Virus record (IMG/VR): IMGVR_UViG_3300025875_000012
Coordinates: 4,647-68,646 of that record
Length of the DNA: 64,000 bases
Source: a virus
Lineage: Duplodnaviria > Caudoviricetes
Strand: one strand, 5' to 3'
In this document: positions 44,274 through 52,820 of the stretch, piece after piece
Position numbering within the stretch: position 1 is the stretch's first letter
How the letters are laid out: every line of letters starts with the position of its first letter
Made by a program: the position numbers and the translations under genes
The notes under the pieces: generated by a model
Seen by the model: the letters and a program-made list of their open reading frames with translations, nothing else
The model's database searches: none
Told to the model about the DNA's origin: nothing

Positions 44274-44894
44274 ATGAGCACCGAGGGGCGCCAGACCTTC
44301 CGCCCCGACGGCCGGCCGCGGCCACGGCGCAAGAGCAACGCCCGGGTCCCCGACCGCTACCAGCAGCTGATCGACGGCGTGATCACCATCGACGACCTGG
44401 ACGAAGAGGAGATCATCCGCGGCCAGCTGCGCGACCAGAACGGCCACTTCTCCGGGCACCCGCCCCGGGCCATCCCCTGGACGCTGCACGACGCGCTGCG
44501 GGCCACGATGGAGAAGCGGATGCAGCGCAAGCTGATGTCCTCCCTTCCCGAGGTGCTGGACTCCCTGGTCCGCACCGCGCGCTACGACCGCTCGGGGGCG
44601 GCCCGGGTCGCCGCGGCGCAGCTGATCCTGGACCGCACGCTGGGCAAGGTCCCGGACAAGGCCGAGATCACCACCACGGTGACGGCGAAGTGGGAGGACG
44701 CGGCCAAGGGCGGCCGGATCTTCGTCGACCTGGACGCCGACGTCGTCGACGCGGACGTGGTCGAGCCCGAGCCCGAGGCCACCGAGGAGACCACCGAGGA
44801 GACCACTCCCCCGCCCCTCCCCCGCGGCACGGTGGAGATCGAGGCGGCGCCGGCGAAGGCGCCCGCGCGACCGAAGACGGGCGTCGTCATCTAG
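44274..44894 (+). CDS. Putative terminase small subunit
   Basis: ITIDDLDEEEIIRGQLRDQNGHFSGHPP and ARVAAAQLILDRTLGKVP resemble TerS-like actinophage proteins. Confidence 0.5.
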   Translation: MSTEGRQTFRPDGRPRPRRKSNARVPDRYQQLIDGVITIDDLDEEEIIRGQLRDQNGHFSGHPPRAIPWTLHDALRATMEKRMQRKLMSSLPEVLDSLVRTARYDRSGAARVAAAQLILDRTLGKVPDKAEITTTVTAKWEDAAKGGRIFVDLDADVVDADVVEPEPEATEETTEETTPPPLPRGTVEIEAAPAKAPARPKTGVVI

Positions 44895-44934
44895 TTGCTG
44901 CACAACTCTGTCCATGTGGTGTACGGTCATGCCC

Positions 44935-45138
44935 ATGTCACAACCACCTGAGCCCACACCGATTCAGTACGCCGCGGCTGACCTCGCTCACGCCGACCTG
45001 CAGCGCACCGAGGCCCGGGAGCGGCTGATCACCCACGTCCGCGAGGCGGCCGGCCTCGGCGTCCCGGTGGCCGAGCTCGCACGACAGGCCGGCGTCCGCC
45101 GGCTGACCATCTACGCCTGGCTGGAGGGGTCCCGATGA
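44935..45138 (+). CDS. HTH DNA-binding protein
   Basis: GVPVAELARQAGVRRLTIYAWLE. Confidence 0.7.
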   Translation: MSQPPEPTPIQYAAADLAHADLQRTEARERLITHVREAAGLGVPVAELARQAGVRRLTIYAWLEGSR

Positions 45139-45638
45139 CGCGCCGCGACGACCAGCAGAGCCGGTACTACCTGACCGAGAAGGGGGAGGCCGCCCTGGGC
45201 GGACGCGCCGAGGTGACGGTCAGCCCCGCCGCCGTCACCCTGGTCGAGCACGAGAAGCACCGCGGCAGCTCCAACGGTGGGACCTGCATCCTGACCGGTC
45301 GCCCGGACCCTGCCGACCACTGCCTGGCGTACACCCAGGCCGCCGAGATCATCCGGCTCACCTCTGAGCTGGAGCAGCAGCACGCCGAGGCCCGCCTGGC
45401 GTCCGCCGGTTTGCGCCGGCTGCTCGCCGGCGTGGCGAGCGCTTGGCTGGACAAGGGCCGCGCCCCGCGGGTGCACGAGCAGGCTCAGGAGCAGCTGCTG
45501 CGCGACTGGCCCGTGCTGGCCCGCGCCGTCGCTGCTGTCGCGGCTGCGGACGGCAAGCTGCGGTTCCGCGAGCCCGTGGACCCCGACTGGACCGCCGAGG
45601 AGACCGGAGACCCTGACGTTGAGGGGCAGTACCGGTGA
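45135..45638 (+). CDS. Hypothetical protein
   Basis: ATGA overlap; 167 aa. Confidence 0.6.
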   Translation: MTRRDDQQSRYYLTEKGEAALGGRAEVTVSPAAVTLVEHEKHRGSSNGGTCILTGRPDPADHCLAYTQAAEIIRLTSELEQQHAEARLASAGLRRLLAGVASAWLDKGRAPRVHEQAQEQLLRDWPVLARAVAAVAAADGKLRFREPVDPDWTAEETGDPDVEGQYR

Positions 45639-45729
45639 CCGGCCGGCAGCCGGCGCGCGGACCTCCTCGAGCACGAGGGGCCACGACCGCACGACCACAC
45701 CCACCCACTCGGGGAGCGAAGGCAAGACC

Positions 45730-46926
45730 ATGAGACTCGCACGAACCATCCTGCTCGGCGTCCTGGCCGTGCTGCTGACCGGCACCGCGGCCACCGCCAG
45801 CGCCAGCACCACCTACATCCTGACCGGCTCGAAGGCCCAGGAGCCGACCCTCTACCGGGGCTTCCCGAACGCCGTGGCGCGCGACGTCGCCGCGGCGCCC
45901 AAGGGCAGCCGGATCACCATGACCATGTACCTGCTCGACGACGTCGCCGTCACCGACCAGCTCATCGCCGCCCACAAGCGCGGCGTGCTCGTGCGGGCCG
46001 CCATCAGCCGGGCCGCGGCCAAGAGCGCCCAGGTGGTGCGGCTGCGCAAGGAGCTCGGGAGCGACAAGCGCAAGCCGTCCTACGTCTTCACCCCGCGGGC
46101 GTCCGGCTTCGGCCCGACCGGGGAGCTGCACGCCAAGCTGGTCACCCTGTCCCAGACCGGCAGCCAGCGCTACGTCTCCTACTTCGGCTCGGCGAACCTG
46201 GCCTACACCAACATCGGCGGCAGCTGGAACGAGGCGCAGCGGGTCGCGGACAACAAGACGATCTACGACGGCCTGGTGGCCTACGGGCTGAACGCGGTCA
46301 CCGACCGCAACCAGCCGCACTACAACCGCACGGTGAAGGCCGGCCCGCTCACCCTGCACCTGATGCCGGGCGGCACCCGCCAGCTGCGCACGCAGCTGGA
46401 CCTGGTCAAGCCCGGGAAGGGCTGCGAGCTCCGGGTCAACGAGTACATGTGGTCGGGGGCCAGCAGCACCCTGGGCGACGCCCGCAAGCTCAAGTCGCTG
46501 GCCGCCAAGGGCTGCAAGGTCTACGTCGCCATCAACTGGCAGACCGGCATCAAGGTGCTGGCCAGCCGCGAGGTCCTCAAGGAGCTGGTCGGCGCGAAGA
46601 ACGTCCAGGTCCGCAACAGCCGGATCGTGGGCGGCGCCATCGTGGTCGGCACCTACACCCACGTCAAGGGCGCCCTGTTCGCCTACGGCGGCCACAAGGT
46701 GGTCTTGTCCGGCTCCCAGAACGAGAAGGCCTCCGGGCCCTCGGAGAACGCCGACATCGCCGCGGTCCGCCGCGACGACGTCACCGCCTACAACGCCTAC
46801 AACGGCTTCTTCGGCCGGCAGTGGGCGAAGTCGGCGCCGATGACCAAGGTCCCGAGCGTCAGCAGCGCGGCGCGCAGCATGGACCGCGACGAGGTCGACC
46901 CGCCGGAGACCGACACGGCCGAGTAG
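45730..46926 (+). CDS. Secreted phospholipase D-superfamily protein
   Basis: Signal peptide MRLARTILLGVLAVLLTGTAATASA; two HxK motifs (LHAKL...GSAN; THVKG...GSQN). Confidence 0.8.
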   Translation: MRLARTILLGVLAVLLTGTAATASASTTYILTGSKAQEPTLYRGFPNAVARDVAAAPKGSRITMTMYLLDDVAVTDQLIAAHKRGVLVRAAISRAAAKSAQVVRLRKELGSDKRKPSYVFTPRASGFGPTGELHAKLVTLSQTGSQRYVSYFGSANLAYTNIGGSWNEAQRVADNKTIYDGLVAYGLNAVTDRNQPHYNRTVKAGPLTLHLMPGGTRQLRTQLDLVKPGKGCELRVNEYMWSGASSTLGDARKLKSLAAKGCKVYVAINWQTGIKVLASREVLKELVGAKNVQVRNSRIVGGAIVVGTYTHVKGALFAYGGHKVVLSGSQNEKASGPSENADIAAVRRDDVTAYNAYNGFFGRQWAKSAPMTKVPSVSSAARSMDRDEVDPPETDTAE

Positions 46927-46954
46927 GCTGGTCAGCGCTCCTCGTTCGGGCACA

Positions 46955-46992
46955 GCAGAGCCCCCGCCATTGGATCGTGGCGGGGGCTCTGC
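46955..46992. terminator. Bidirectional terminator between convergent units
   Basis: 15-bp stem gcagagcccccgcca/tggcgggggctctgc. Confidence 0.75.
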
Positions 46993-46997
46993 GCTGC

Positions 46998-47279
46998 TCA
47001 GGACTCGCGCGGACCGACGCTCTTGCGCACCATCTCGTAGCCCGCCCCGGCCGCCCGGTCGAGCACGACGGCGCGGCCCTCGGCCACCGTCTTCATCCCG
47101 TCGGCGATCTCCCGGGCGGTGAGCCCGTGGTGGTGGTAGAGCCACCGCCAGGTGTTGGCCATCCGCTCGGCCTGCTTGCTGGCCTCGGCCTGGGCGGCGA
47201 CCTTCTTGGCCAGCGCCGCGCCGGCCGCGCGCCAGAGCTCCTCGACGCTGGGGGCCTCGATCCCGACCTCAGGCGACAT
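46998..47279 (-). CDS. Small helical protein, possible DNA-binding regulator
   Basis: 93 aa; GLTAREIADGM; last gene of the minus-strand operon. Confidence 0.6.
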   Translation of the reverse strand: MSPEVGIEAPSVEELWRAAGAALAKKVAAQAEASKQAERMANTWRWLYHHHGLTAREIADGMKTVAEGRAVVLDRAAGAGYEMVRKSVGPRES

Positions 47280-47517
47280 GGATGACCACCACGATGACCA
47301 GGCCGGTGACCTCGATGGCCAGGAACATTTGGATCCAGGTCAGCACGGGGCTGGCCACCTGGGCCCGCCGCGTCCGCACCAGCACCCCGCCCTCCCAGGT
47401 CTCGGTCTCCTGGGTGTGGTCGTTGGGCTTCCACGCGGACACGATGGTGATCAGCGTCGCCCCCACGAGGGCGAGCAGGCTCACGATCACGACGGCGATC
47501 TGGGTGAAGACGTTCAT
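47269..47517 (-). CDS. Small two-TM membrane protein (Spd-like)
   Basis: ATG 47517 overlapping the previous stop; two hydrophobic helices. Confidence 0.65.
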   Translation of the reverse strand: MNVFTQIAVVIVSLLALVGATLITIVSAWKPNDHTQETETWEGGVLVRTRRAQVASPVLTWIQMFLAIEVTGLVIVVVIHVA

Positions 47518-49583
47518 GCTGCGCTCCCGGGGAAGGTCGGGGGACGCCAGCCGAGCCGGGGTCCCCACTTGTCGATGTCGGTGATGGGGCCGGCGGAGAT
47601 CATGCCCTGCTGGTACCGCCCGGTCTTGGCGTTGTAGTCGGTCGAGATGATCATGTCGTCGCCCAGTGACAAGGCGACGTGGTTCTCACCCCAGAACACC
47701 AGGGCGCCCCGCGGCGGGGTCTCCTTGCCGGGGTGCCGCTCGCCGGGGGCCTCCCAGTGCTGGCGGGCGGTGTCGTAGCCGCTCCCGAGCCCGTAGGCCA
47801 GGTTCATGTACCGCTCGCACCGGTTCCACACCCGTTCCCCGGGCGCCCCGTCGGTGGCGTCGGCCTGCCGCATCCAGGCGATGGCCTGGGCCACGGTCCG
47901 GGGGTTCTTCTGCTGGTCGAAGCTCGCCGGCGAGGTGCCGCCGCCGGTGACCTCGCCCGGGGCCGCGGCGAAGGTGACCACGACCGGACGGTGGTCGGAC
48001 CCGCGCGGAGCCAGGGTGGCCTGGCTGGTCGGGGATGCGCCGGCGGCCCAGACGTCGTCGAGCGTCGCGGTGCCGTGGGTGTTCAGCTGGCCGAGGCTCT
48101 GCCAGCTGGCGACCGCGCCGACCGCGGCCATGGCCGTCGAGGTCGACGACGACACCTTCCACGGGTCGTTGAAGTCCCCGGTGACCAGCACGGTGGCGCC
48201 CAGGGCCCGCTTCTCGGCCACGACCCGGGTGACCGCGGCGAGCTGCCGGTCGTAGGCCGCGCGCCGCTTCGGGCCCGCGGCCTTGCTGACCAGCATGTGG
48301 GTGTTGACCACGTAGAAGACCGCGCTCGAGCTCTTGTCCCGCAGCTGGGCCCAGACGATGGACTTGGGGCCCGCCGAGCGGCTGCCGTCGACCGGGGAGT
48401 ACTCGACCCGCACGCCCTCGGGCAGGGCCTTGACCACGCCCTGGTCGACGATCATGTACCGCTTGGGGTCGTACATGATCGGGGTCGCGGTGTTGTTGCT
48501 GGTCATCTCCCAGCCGGCCGTCTTGCGCAGCCGGACGCGCACCGCGGGGGACACCTCCTGCAGCCCGATCACCGCGCTGGTCTTGGCCATCTCGGCCAGG
48601 CCGGCGTGGACGTTGGCGAAGGCGTTGCCGTAGCGCACGTTCCAGGTGGCCACACCGCCCTGCACGGTCCCGCCCCCGGCCGGGCACGCCGGGATGGGCT
48701 CGGTGGTCGCGGGCGGCAGAGAGCCCGCCTCCGTGCCGCCCACGGCCGCCAGGAGCCGCCGGGCGTCGCTCTCCCAGCGTCCGTACCGGTCCGGGTGTCC
48801 TGAGCGCTCCACGGCCTGCGCCGCGTCGTTGATGCTCATCTGCTCCCAGCCCTGCACCCCCTGCAGCTGGGTGAGGAACCAGCGGGCCCCGTAGGTGACG
48901 TCCAGGCGCTGCTCGCGGGTGCCGTTGCTGTCGATCAGCTGCCACGGCCCGAGGGAGGACCCCTCGCCGTAGTTCAGGTTGCGCGGCCCGTTCGGCCCGG
49001 ACTCCTGCATCCCGGCGGCCAGCGCCACGACGGCGGCGCGGTCGTCGAGCCCGGCCGCGGCGACCTCGCGTACGACGACCTGGGCGATGGACTTGTTCTC
49101 GGGGGTGAAGCCCGGCCGCTGGGGGCTGCCGGTGCTGGTGCTGATGCTGGCGAGCTTGGGGTCGAACGGCTCGGCCTCGGGCGGCGGCGCGTCCGGCACG
49201 GGGTTGTCCGGGGTCACCGCGTTGGTGGGGCAGCACGAGGCGATGGCCAGGGCCCGGCGCCGGTCGCTCTCGACCCGCCAGCCGGTCTGCCAGCTGGAGT
49301 CCTCCCCGGTCTTGGTGTTCTCCCCCAGGTTGTCGACCCAGCCCATCACCGTGCCGATGCCGCCCATGACGGTGCGGTAGACCTCCGGCACGCTGGGGGC
49401 GTCGCCCTCGGTGAAGGCGTGCAGCACCTTGCCGACGTCGCCGAACTTCTCGCCCACACTGTAGGCCGCGGGCACGCTAGGGTCGGGCCCGCAGACGACG
49501 TCGACCTCGTCCATGTTGAAGGCGACCATGCCGACCACCAGCACGCCGGCGACCCCGGCGGCGATGCCGCGTCCGAGGTTCAT
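47514..49583 (-). CDS. Membrane-anchored multidomain wall hydrolase: lysozyme-like + EEP + NlpC/P60(CHAP)-like
   Basis: ALAAGMQES...SLGPWQL...AAQAVERS; TWNV/GLQE/NTH/GDFN/SDHRPV; RCERY...ALVFW..NHVALS. Confidence 0.8.
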   Translation of the reverse strand: MNLGRGIAAGVAGVLVVGMVAFNMDEVDVVCGPDPSVPAAYSVGEKFGDVGKVLHAFTEGDAPSVPEVYRTVMGGIGTVMGWVDNLGENTKTGEDSSWQTGWRVESDRRRALAIASCCPTNAVTPDNPVPDAPPPEAEPFDPKLASISTSTGSPQRPGFTPENKSIAQVVVREVAAAGLDDRAAVVALAAGMQESGPNGPRNLNYGEGSSLGPWQLIDSNGTREQRLDVTYGARWFLTQLQGVQGWEQMSINDAAQAVERSGHPDRYGRWESDARRLLAAVGGTEAGSLPPATTEPIPACPAGGGTVQGGVATWNVRYGNAFANVHAGLAEMAKTSAVIGLQEVSPAVRVRLRKTAGWEMTSNNTATPIMYDPKRYMIVDQGVVKALPEGVRVEYSPVDGSRSAGPKSIVWAQLRDKSSSAVFYVVNTHMLVSKAAGPKRRAAYDRQLAAVTRVVAEKRALGATVLVTGDFNDPWKVSSSTSTAMAAVGAVASWQSLGQLNTHGTATLDDVWAAGASPTSQATLAPRGSDHRPVVVTFAAAPGEVTGGGTSPASFDQQKNPRTVAQAIAWMRQADATDGAPGERVWNRCERYMNLAYGLGSGYDTARQHWEAPGERHPGKETPPRGALVFWGENHVALSLGDDMIISTDYNAKTGRYQQGMISAGPITDIDKWGPRLGWRPPTFPGSAA

Positions 49584-49894
49584 CGGCGGTGCTCGAGGGC
49601 CAGGCTGACCAGCCGCATCACCCCGGCGACCACGAGCAGAACCAAGCCGATGGCCACCGCGACCTTGGCCATCGGGCTGCCGCCGCCGATGTTGATCATC
49701 TTGCCGGCCCCGACCATCATCCCGATCCCGGTGGCGGCCACCCAGGTCGAGCGCCGGTAGCGCTTCTTCGCCGTCCAGCTGCTGGTGGTCACGGTCGCGC
49801 CCTTGACCGTCCGGGTGACGGGGCGGCTCTCCCGGACCTGGATCGTGCGGCCGTTGACGACCCGGGTGTGCGCTCGGCGGGTGTGCGTGCTCAT
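49580..49894 (-). CDS. Small membrane protein with basic N-terminus
   Basis: ATG 49894 overlapping the FtsK stop; two TM segments. Confidence 0.65.
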   Translation of the reverse strand: MSTHTRRAHTRVVNGRTIQVRESRPVTRTVKGATVTTSSWTAKKRYRRSTWVAATGIGMMVGAGKMINIGGGSPMAKVAVAIGLVLLVVAGVMRLVSLALEHRR

Positions 49895-51894
49895 TCGCTC
49901 TCTCCGTAGCCAGGGATGTGGGTGAGGTGCTCGTTGCGGCCGACCAGCGCGGGCTCGGGCCGGACCTTCCGGCGCGGGCGGGGCCGCGGTGCCGGGACCG
50001 CCGCCTCGAGCTCGCTGGCCGGGACCAGGCGCCGGCGCACGGGCTCGGCGACCAGGGGCTTGACCGGGGCCGGCTCGGGCACCGCGGTGATGGCCTTCGG
50101 CCGCCGGCGGCCGGGCAGCCGCGGGGTCTTGACCACGGCGCCGTCGCGCTCGAACTTCGGGCCGCGGTAGGTGAGCCGGGACAGGTGGACGTGCCGGTTG
50201 TTGCCGGCGCCGGCGATGTTGAACATCGGCTGCAGGGCGTGGATCTCGGCCGACTCCCAGTCGCGCGCCGCGGGCTCGCCGGCGAACACCCCGGAGGTGG
50301 TGTGGTCGACGTGCTTGGCCCACCAGCTGCAATCGGTCTCCCCGCACCCGGGGAACGGGCAGCGGCCCTTCCAGATGTCGTCGCGGCGGTGCTCGGCGTA
50401 GCGCCGGTCGCGCTTGTTGGTCTCGCCCGAGTAGATGTGCACCGGCCGCCCCTTGACCAGCCCGTAGGCCCGGTAGCCGTAGTGGGGGCGCTGGCCGTTG
50501 CGCAGCTCGCGCGCCAGGTCGCGGGTCATCATGTTCTCCGGCAGCTTGCCGGTGGTCATCAGGTGACGGACGTGGGTCTTCCCGACATCGGCGGTCCGGA
50601 ACTTCATCCGGACCCCTTCTTCGGTGACGTAGTAGCCGACTCCGCGCATATCGAAGGGAATGCTGGAGCAGGGCACACCTTCGTTCTCCCCAATTCCCAG
50701 AACGGCCTTCGTGTCCTCGGCAGAGGTCTGGCGAAGAGATGCCCGGAACTGGAATGCCTTGCGAATCCCACCGATCTCCTGAACGGTGGCGACCTGCACG
50801 CTCATCCAGACGAAATCCTTGGTACTGCGGCCCTGGGACATGTAGACGCCCATGTCAGTCTTCGCCATTCCGGCCTGGAAAAGCGGCGCGACGTCGAGGC
50901 CCTCGTCGATAATGGTGAGCACGCCGGGCATCTCGTCGGTGGGGTCGTCCAGGTCCTCGCCCGGGGGCAGCATGTCCTGGCGCTCGTGCAGCTGGCGGCG
51001 CAACGTGGCGAAGTGGGCCTCGGCCTCGGCCAGCGTGGTCATGTACGAGGCCACCTTGATGTGGCCGTCGCCGAAGGTCTTCCCGACCCAGCCGCGGAAC
51101 CACTTCATCTCGCCCTTGGGGTCGATGACGTGCACCAGGGTCGGGGTCTGGTCACGGACCAGGTCGAACCAGAGGTTCCAGGTGAACTTGCTCTTGCCGG
51201 CCCCGCTGGCCGCCCCGACCAGCAGGTTGAAGCCGTAGGGGACCGTGGCCGCCTTGCCGTCGTTCTGCCAGCCGAAGGACAGCGAGCTGGTGCCCGAGGG
51301 CGGCAGGTCCAGCACCGAGCGGGTCTCGGCCAGGGGGCTGGTCTTCCAGAAGGTGACCCAGCCGGCGCCGTCCCCGACGGGGCTGATGGAGACCTCCTTG
51401 CAGTCCATGACCCCGGTGAGCACGCCGGTGGCGGCGTCGGCGGAGATGCGGGCCATGTCCCCGCCCAGGGAGCCCGGGGAGACGAAGGCCCGGACCTCCC
51501 CGCCCGGGGTCAGCTTCTTGCGCAGCAGCTTCGGCTCGATGCCGTTCCAGGAGACCTTCTGGGCCGAGGTGTACTTCGCCCAGCGCTCGTCGACGTCGCC
51601 GAACTTCTTGCCCGAGCTGGCCAGGTTGAACGGCAGCCGCCACCACGGCACCTCGAGGCCCTCGTCGATGAGCTCGGCGCGGCGGTCGTAGACCTTGAGC
51701 AGCAGCACCCAGGCGATCAGCACGCCGATGGTGAACAGCACGGCCCAGAAGCCGGTCACGATGCTGTTGGTCAGGCCCCAGCAGAACCACCAGTAGGCCA
51801 CGAAGAGGGTCAGGGCGGCCTTCGGCGGGAAGTCGATCCAGCGCCGGTTCGGGGTGCGGATCCACTTCCAGAGGGCCTTGAGGGTGGGGGACAT
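49891..51894 (-). CDS. FtsK/SpoIIIE (TraB-like) membrane ATPase fused to a GIY-YIG nuclease domain
   Basis: ATG 51894 with AGGAAGG RBS; N-terminal TMs; GAASGAGKS, IDPK, IIDE, SQGRS, VQ motifs; C-terminal YGYRAY..YSGET..RRYAEH..E..P.FN. Confidence 0.85.
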   Translation of the reverse strand: MSPTLKALWKWIRTPNRRWIDFPPKAALTLFVAYWWFCWGLTNSIVTGFWAVLFTIGVLIAWVLLLKVYDRRAELIDEGLEVPWWRLPFNLASSGKKFGDVDERWAKYTSAQKVSWNGIEPKLLRKKLTPGGEVRAFVSPGSLGGDMARISADAATGVLTGVMDCKEVSISPVGDGAGWVTFWKTSPLAETRSVLDLPPSGTSSLSFGWQNDGKAATVPYGFNLLVGAASGAGKSKFTWNLWFDLVRDQTPTLVHVIDPKGEMKWFRGWVGKTFGDGHIKVASYMTTLAEAEAHFATLRRQLHERQDMLPPGEDLDDPTDEMPGVLTIIDEGLDVAPLFQAGMAKTDMGVYMSQGRSTKDFVWMSVQVATVQEIGGIRKAFQFRASLRQTSAEDTKAVLGIGENEGVPCSSIPFDMRGVGYYVTEEGVRMKFRTADVGKTHVRHLMTTGKLPENMMTRDLARELRNGQRPHYGYRAYGLVKGRPVHIYSGETNKRDRRYAEHRRDDIWKGRCPFPGCGETDCSWWAKHVDHTTSGVFAGEPAARDWESAEIHALQPMFNIAGAGNNRHVHLSRLTYRGPKFERDGAVVKTPRLPGRRRPKAITAVPEPAPVKPLVAEPVRRRLVPASELEAAVPAPRPRPRRKVRPEPALVGRNEHLTHIPGYGESE

Positions 51895-51983
51895 CGGCGG
51901 GCCTTCCTGGGGTAGGGGGTGGAGATGGGAGAGCGCCGTCGCCCTGGCCGGCGGCGGCGCTCTGGTGGGGTGACCGGGACGGG

Positions 51984-52220
51984 TCAGGGGGTGGCGGGCT
52001 TCTTGGCGGACGCGATGTCCATGGCCTCGGAGAACTTGTCCCCGCCCCCGGACGTGGAGCCGGCGATGATGCCGGACCCGATCTCGAAGGTGTCCCGGGT
52101 GCCGTTGGCCAGGTTGGCGGCCTTCTGGGTGGAGGTCATCTGGGCGATGCCTCCGAGCGCTAACGCGCAGACCACGAAGACGCCGGCGAGCAGCCGGCTG
52201 AGTGAGCCCTGCTTGAACAT
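51984..52220 (-). CDS. Small pilin-like/secreted protein
   Basis: ATG 52220 with AGAAGGG RBS; 78 aa with one N-terminal hydrophobic helix. Confidence 0.65.
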   Translation of the reverse strand: MFKQGSLSRLLAGVFVVCALALGGIAQMTSTQKAANLANGTRDTFEIGSGIIAGSTSGGGDKFSEAMDIASAKKPATP

Positions 52221-52820
52221 GTGGTGCCCTTCTGTCGAGGGCCAGCGGCCCTGGGTTAGGTGTCGACCGCTGACGTGCACCGCTCGTCGCCGCGGACCTC
52301 TCCGAGGTCAGACGCGGCATGTTCTCGACCTGGCCTCGCCCGACTTCCGGAGCCGTTCCCGCTGGTGGCTCACGACTGTCAGTTGTCGTGGGTATCACTT
52401 TACCCATAGATCGACATATCCACCCAAGAACCGCTCCGCCTCCCGGTCTCCAGGCCCCCGTCCCCGCCTGATCCTTGCGTCGGCTTGACTCGCCGGTTAC
52501 GCTCGCGGCGTCTCACGCTCTCCGAGACTCGGCCGCCGCGCAGCCCTCTCCGGGCCCCTACCGCCCCGAATCCGTCGTCGCCGGCGCCCCGCATCCCAGT
52601 CGACGTCCCGCTCCTCGGGCGTCATGCCTCTCCCGGGTGCAGCGCTCCCCCTGCAGCTGCCCACCGCGCGCCCCTCGCGGTCTCGTCCCCGTCAGCCGCG
52701 CATCGTCCCGGGCGATCACCCGCCCCCGCCTTCCCTCGGCTCGTTCCGCACCTCCGATGCGTTTCCGTCCTCGGCCCTACACTGAACCCCGGGTCGAGGC
52801 CACCCTCCCGAAGGACAGCT

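Noticed and set aside
46900-52820. TraB-recognition (8-bp TRS/clt) repeats or att-like direct repeats flanking the transfer-like operon
   Set aside because: No convincing tandem 8-mers or flanking direct repeats were found by eye; needs a computational repeat search
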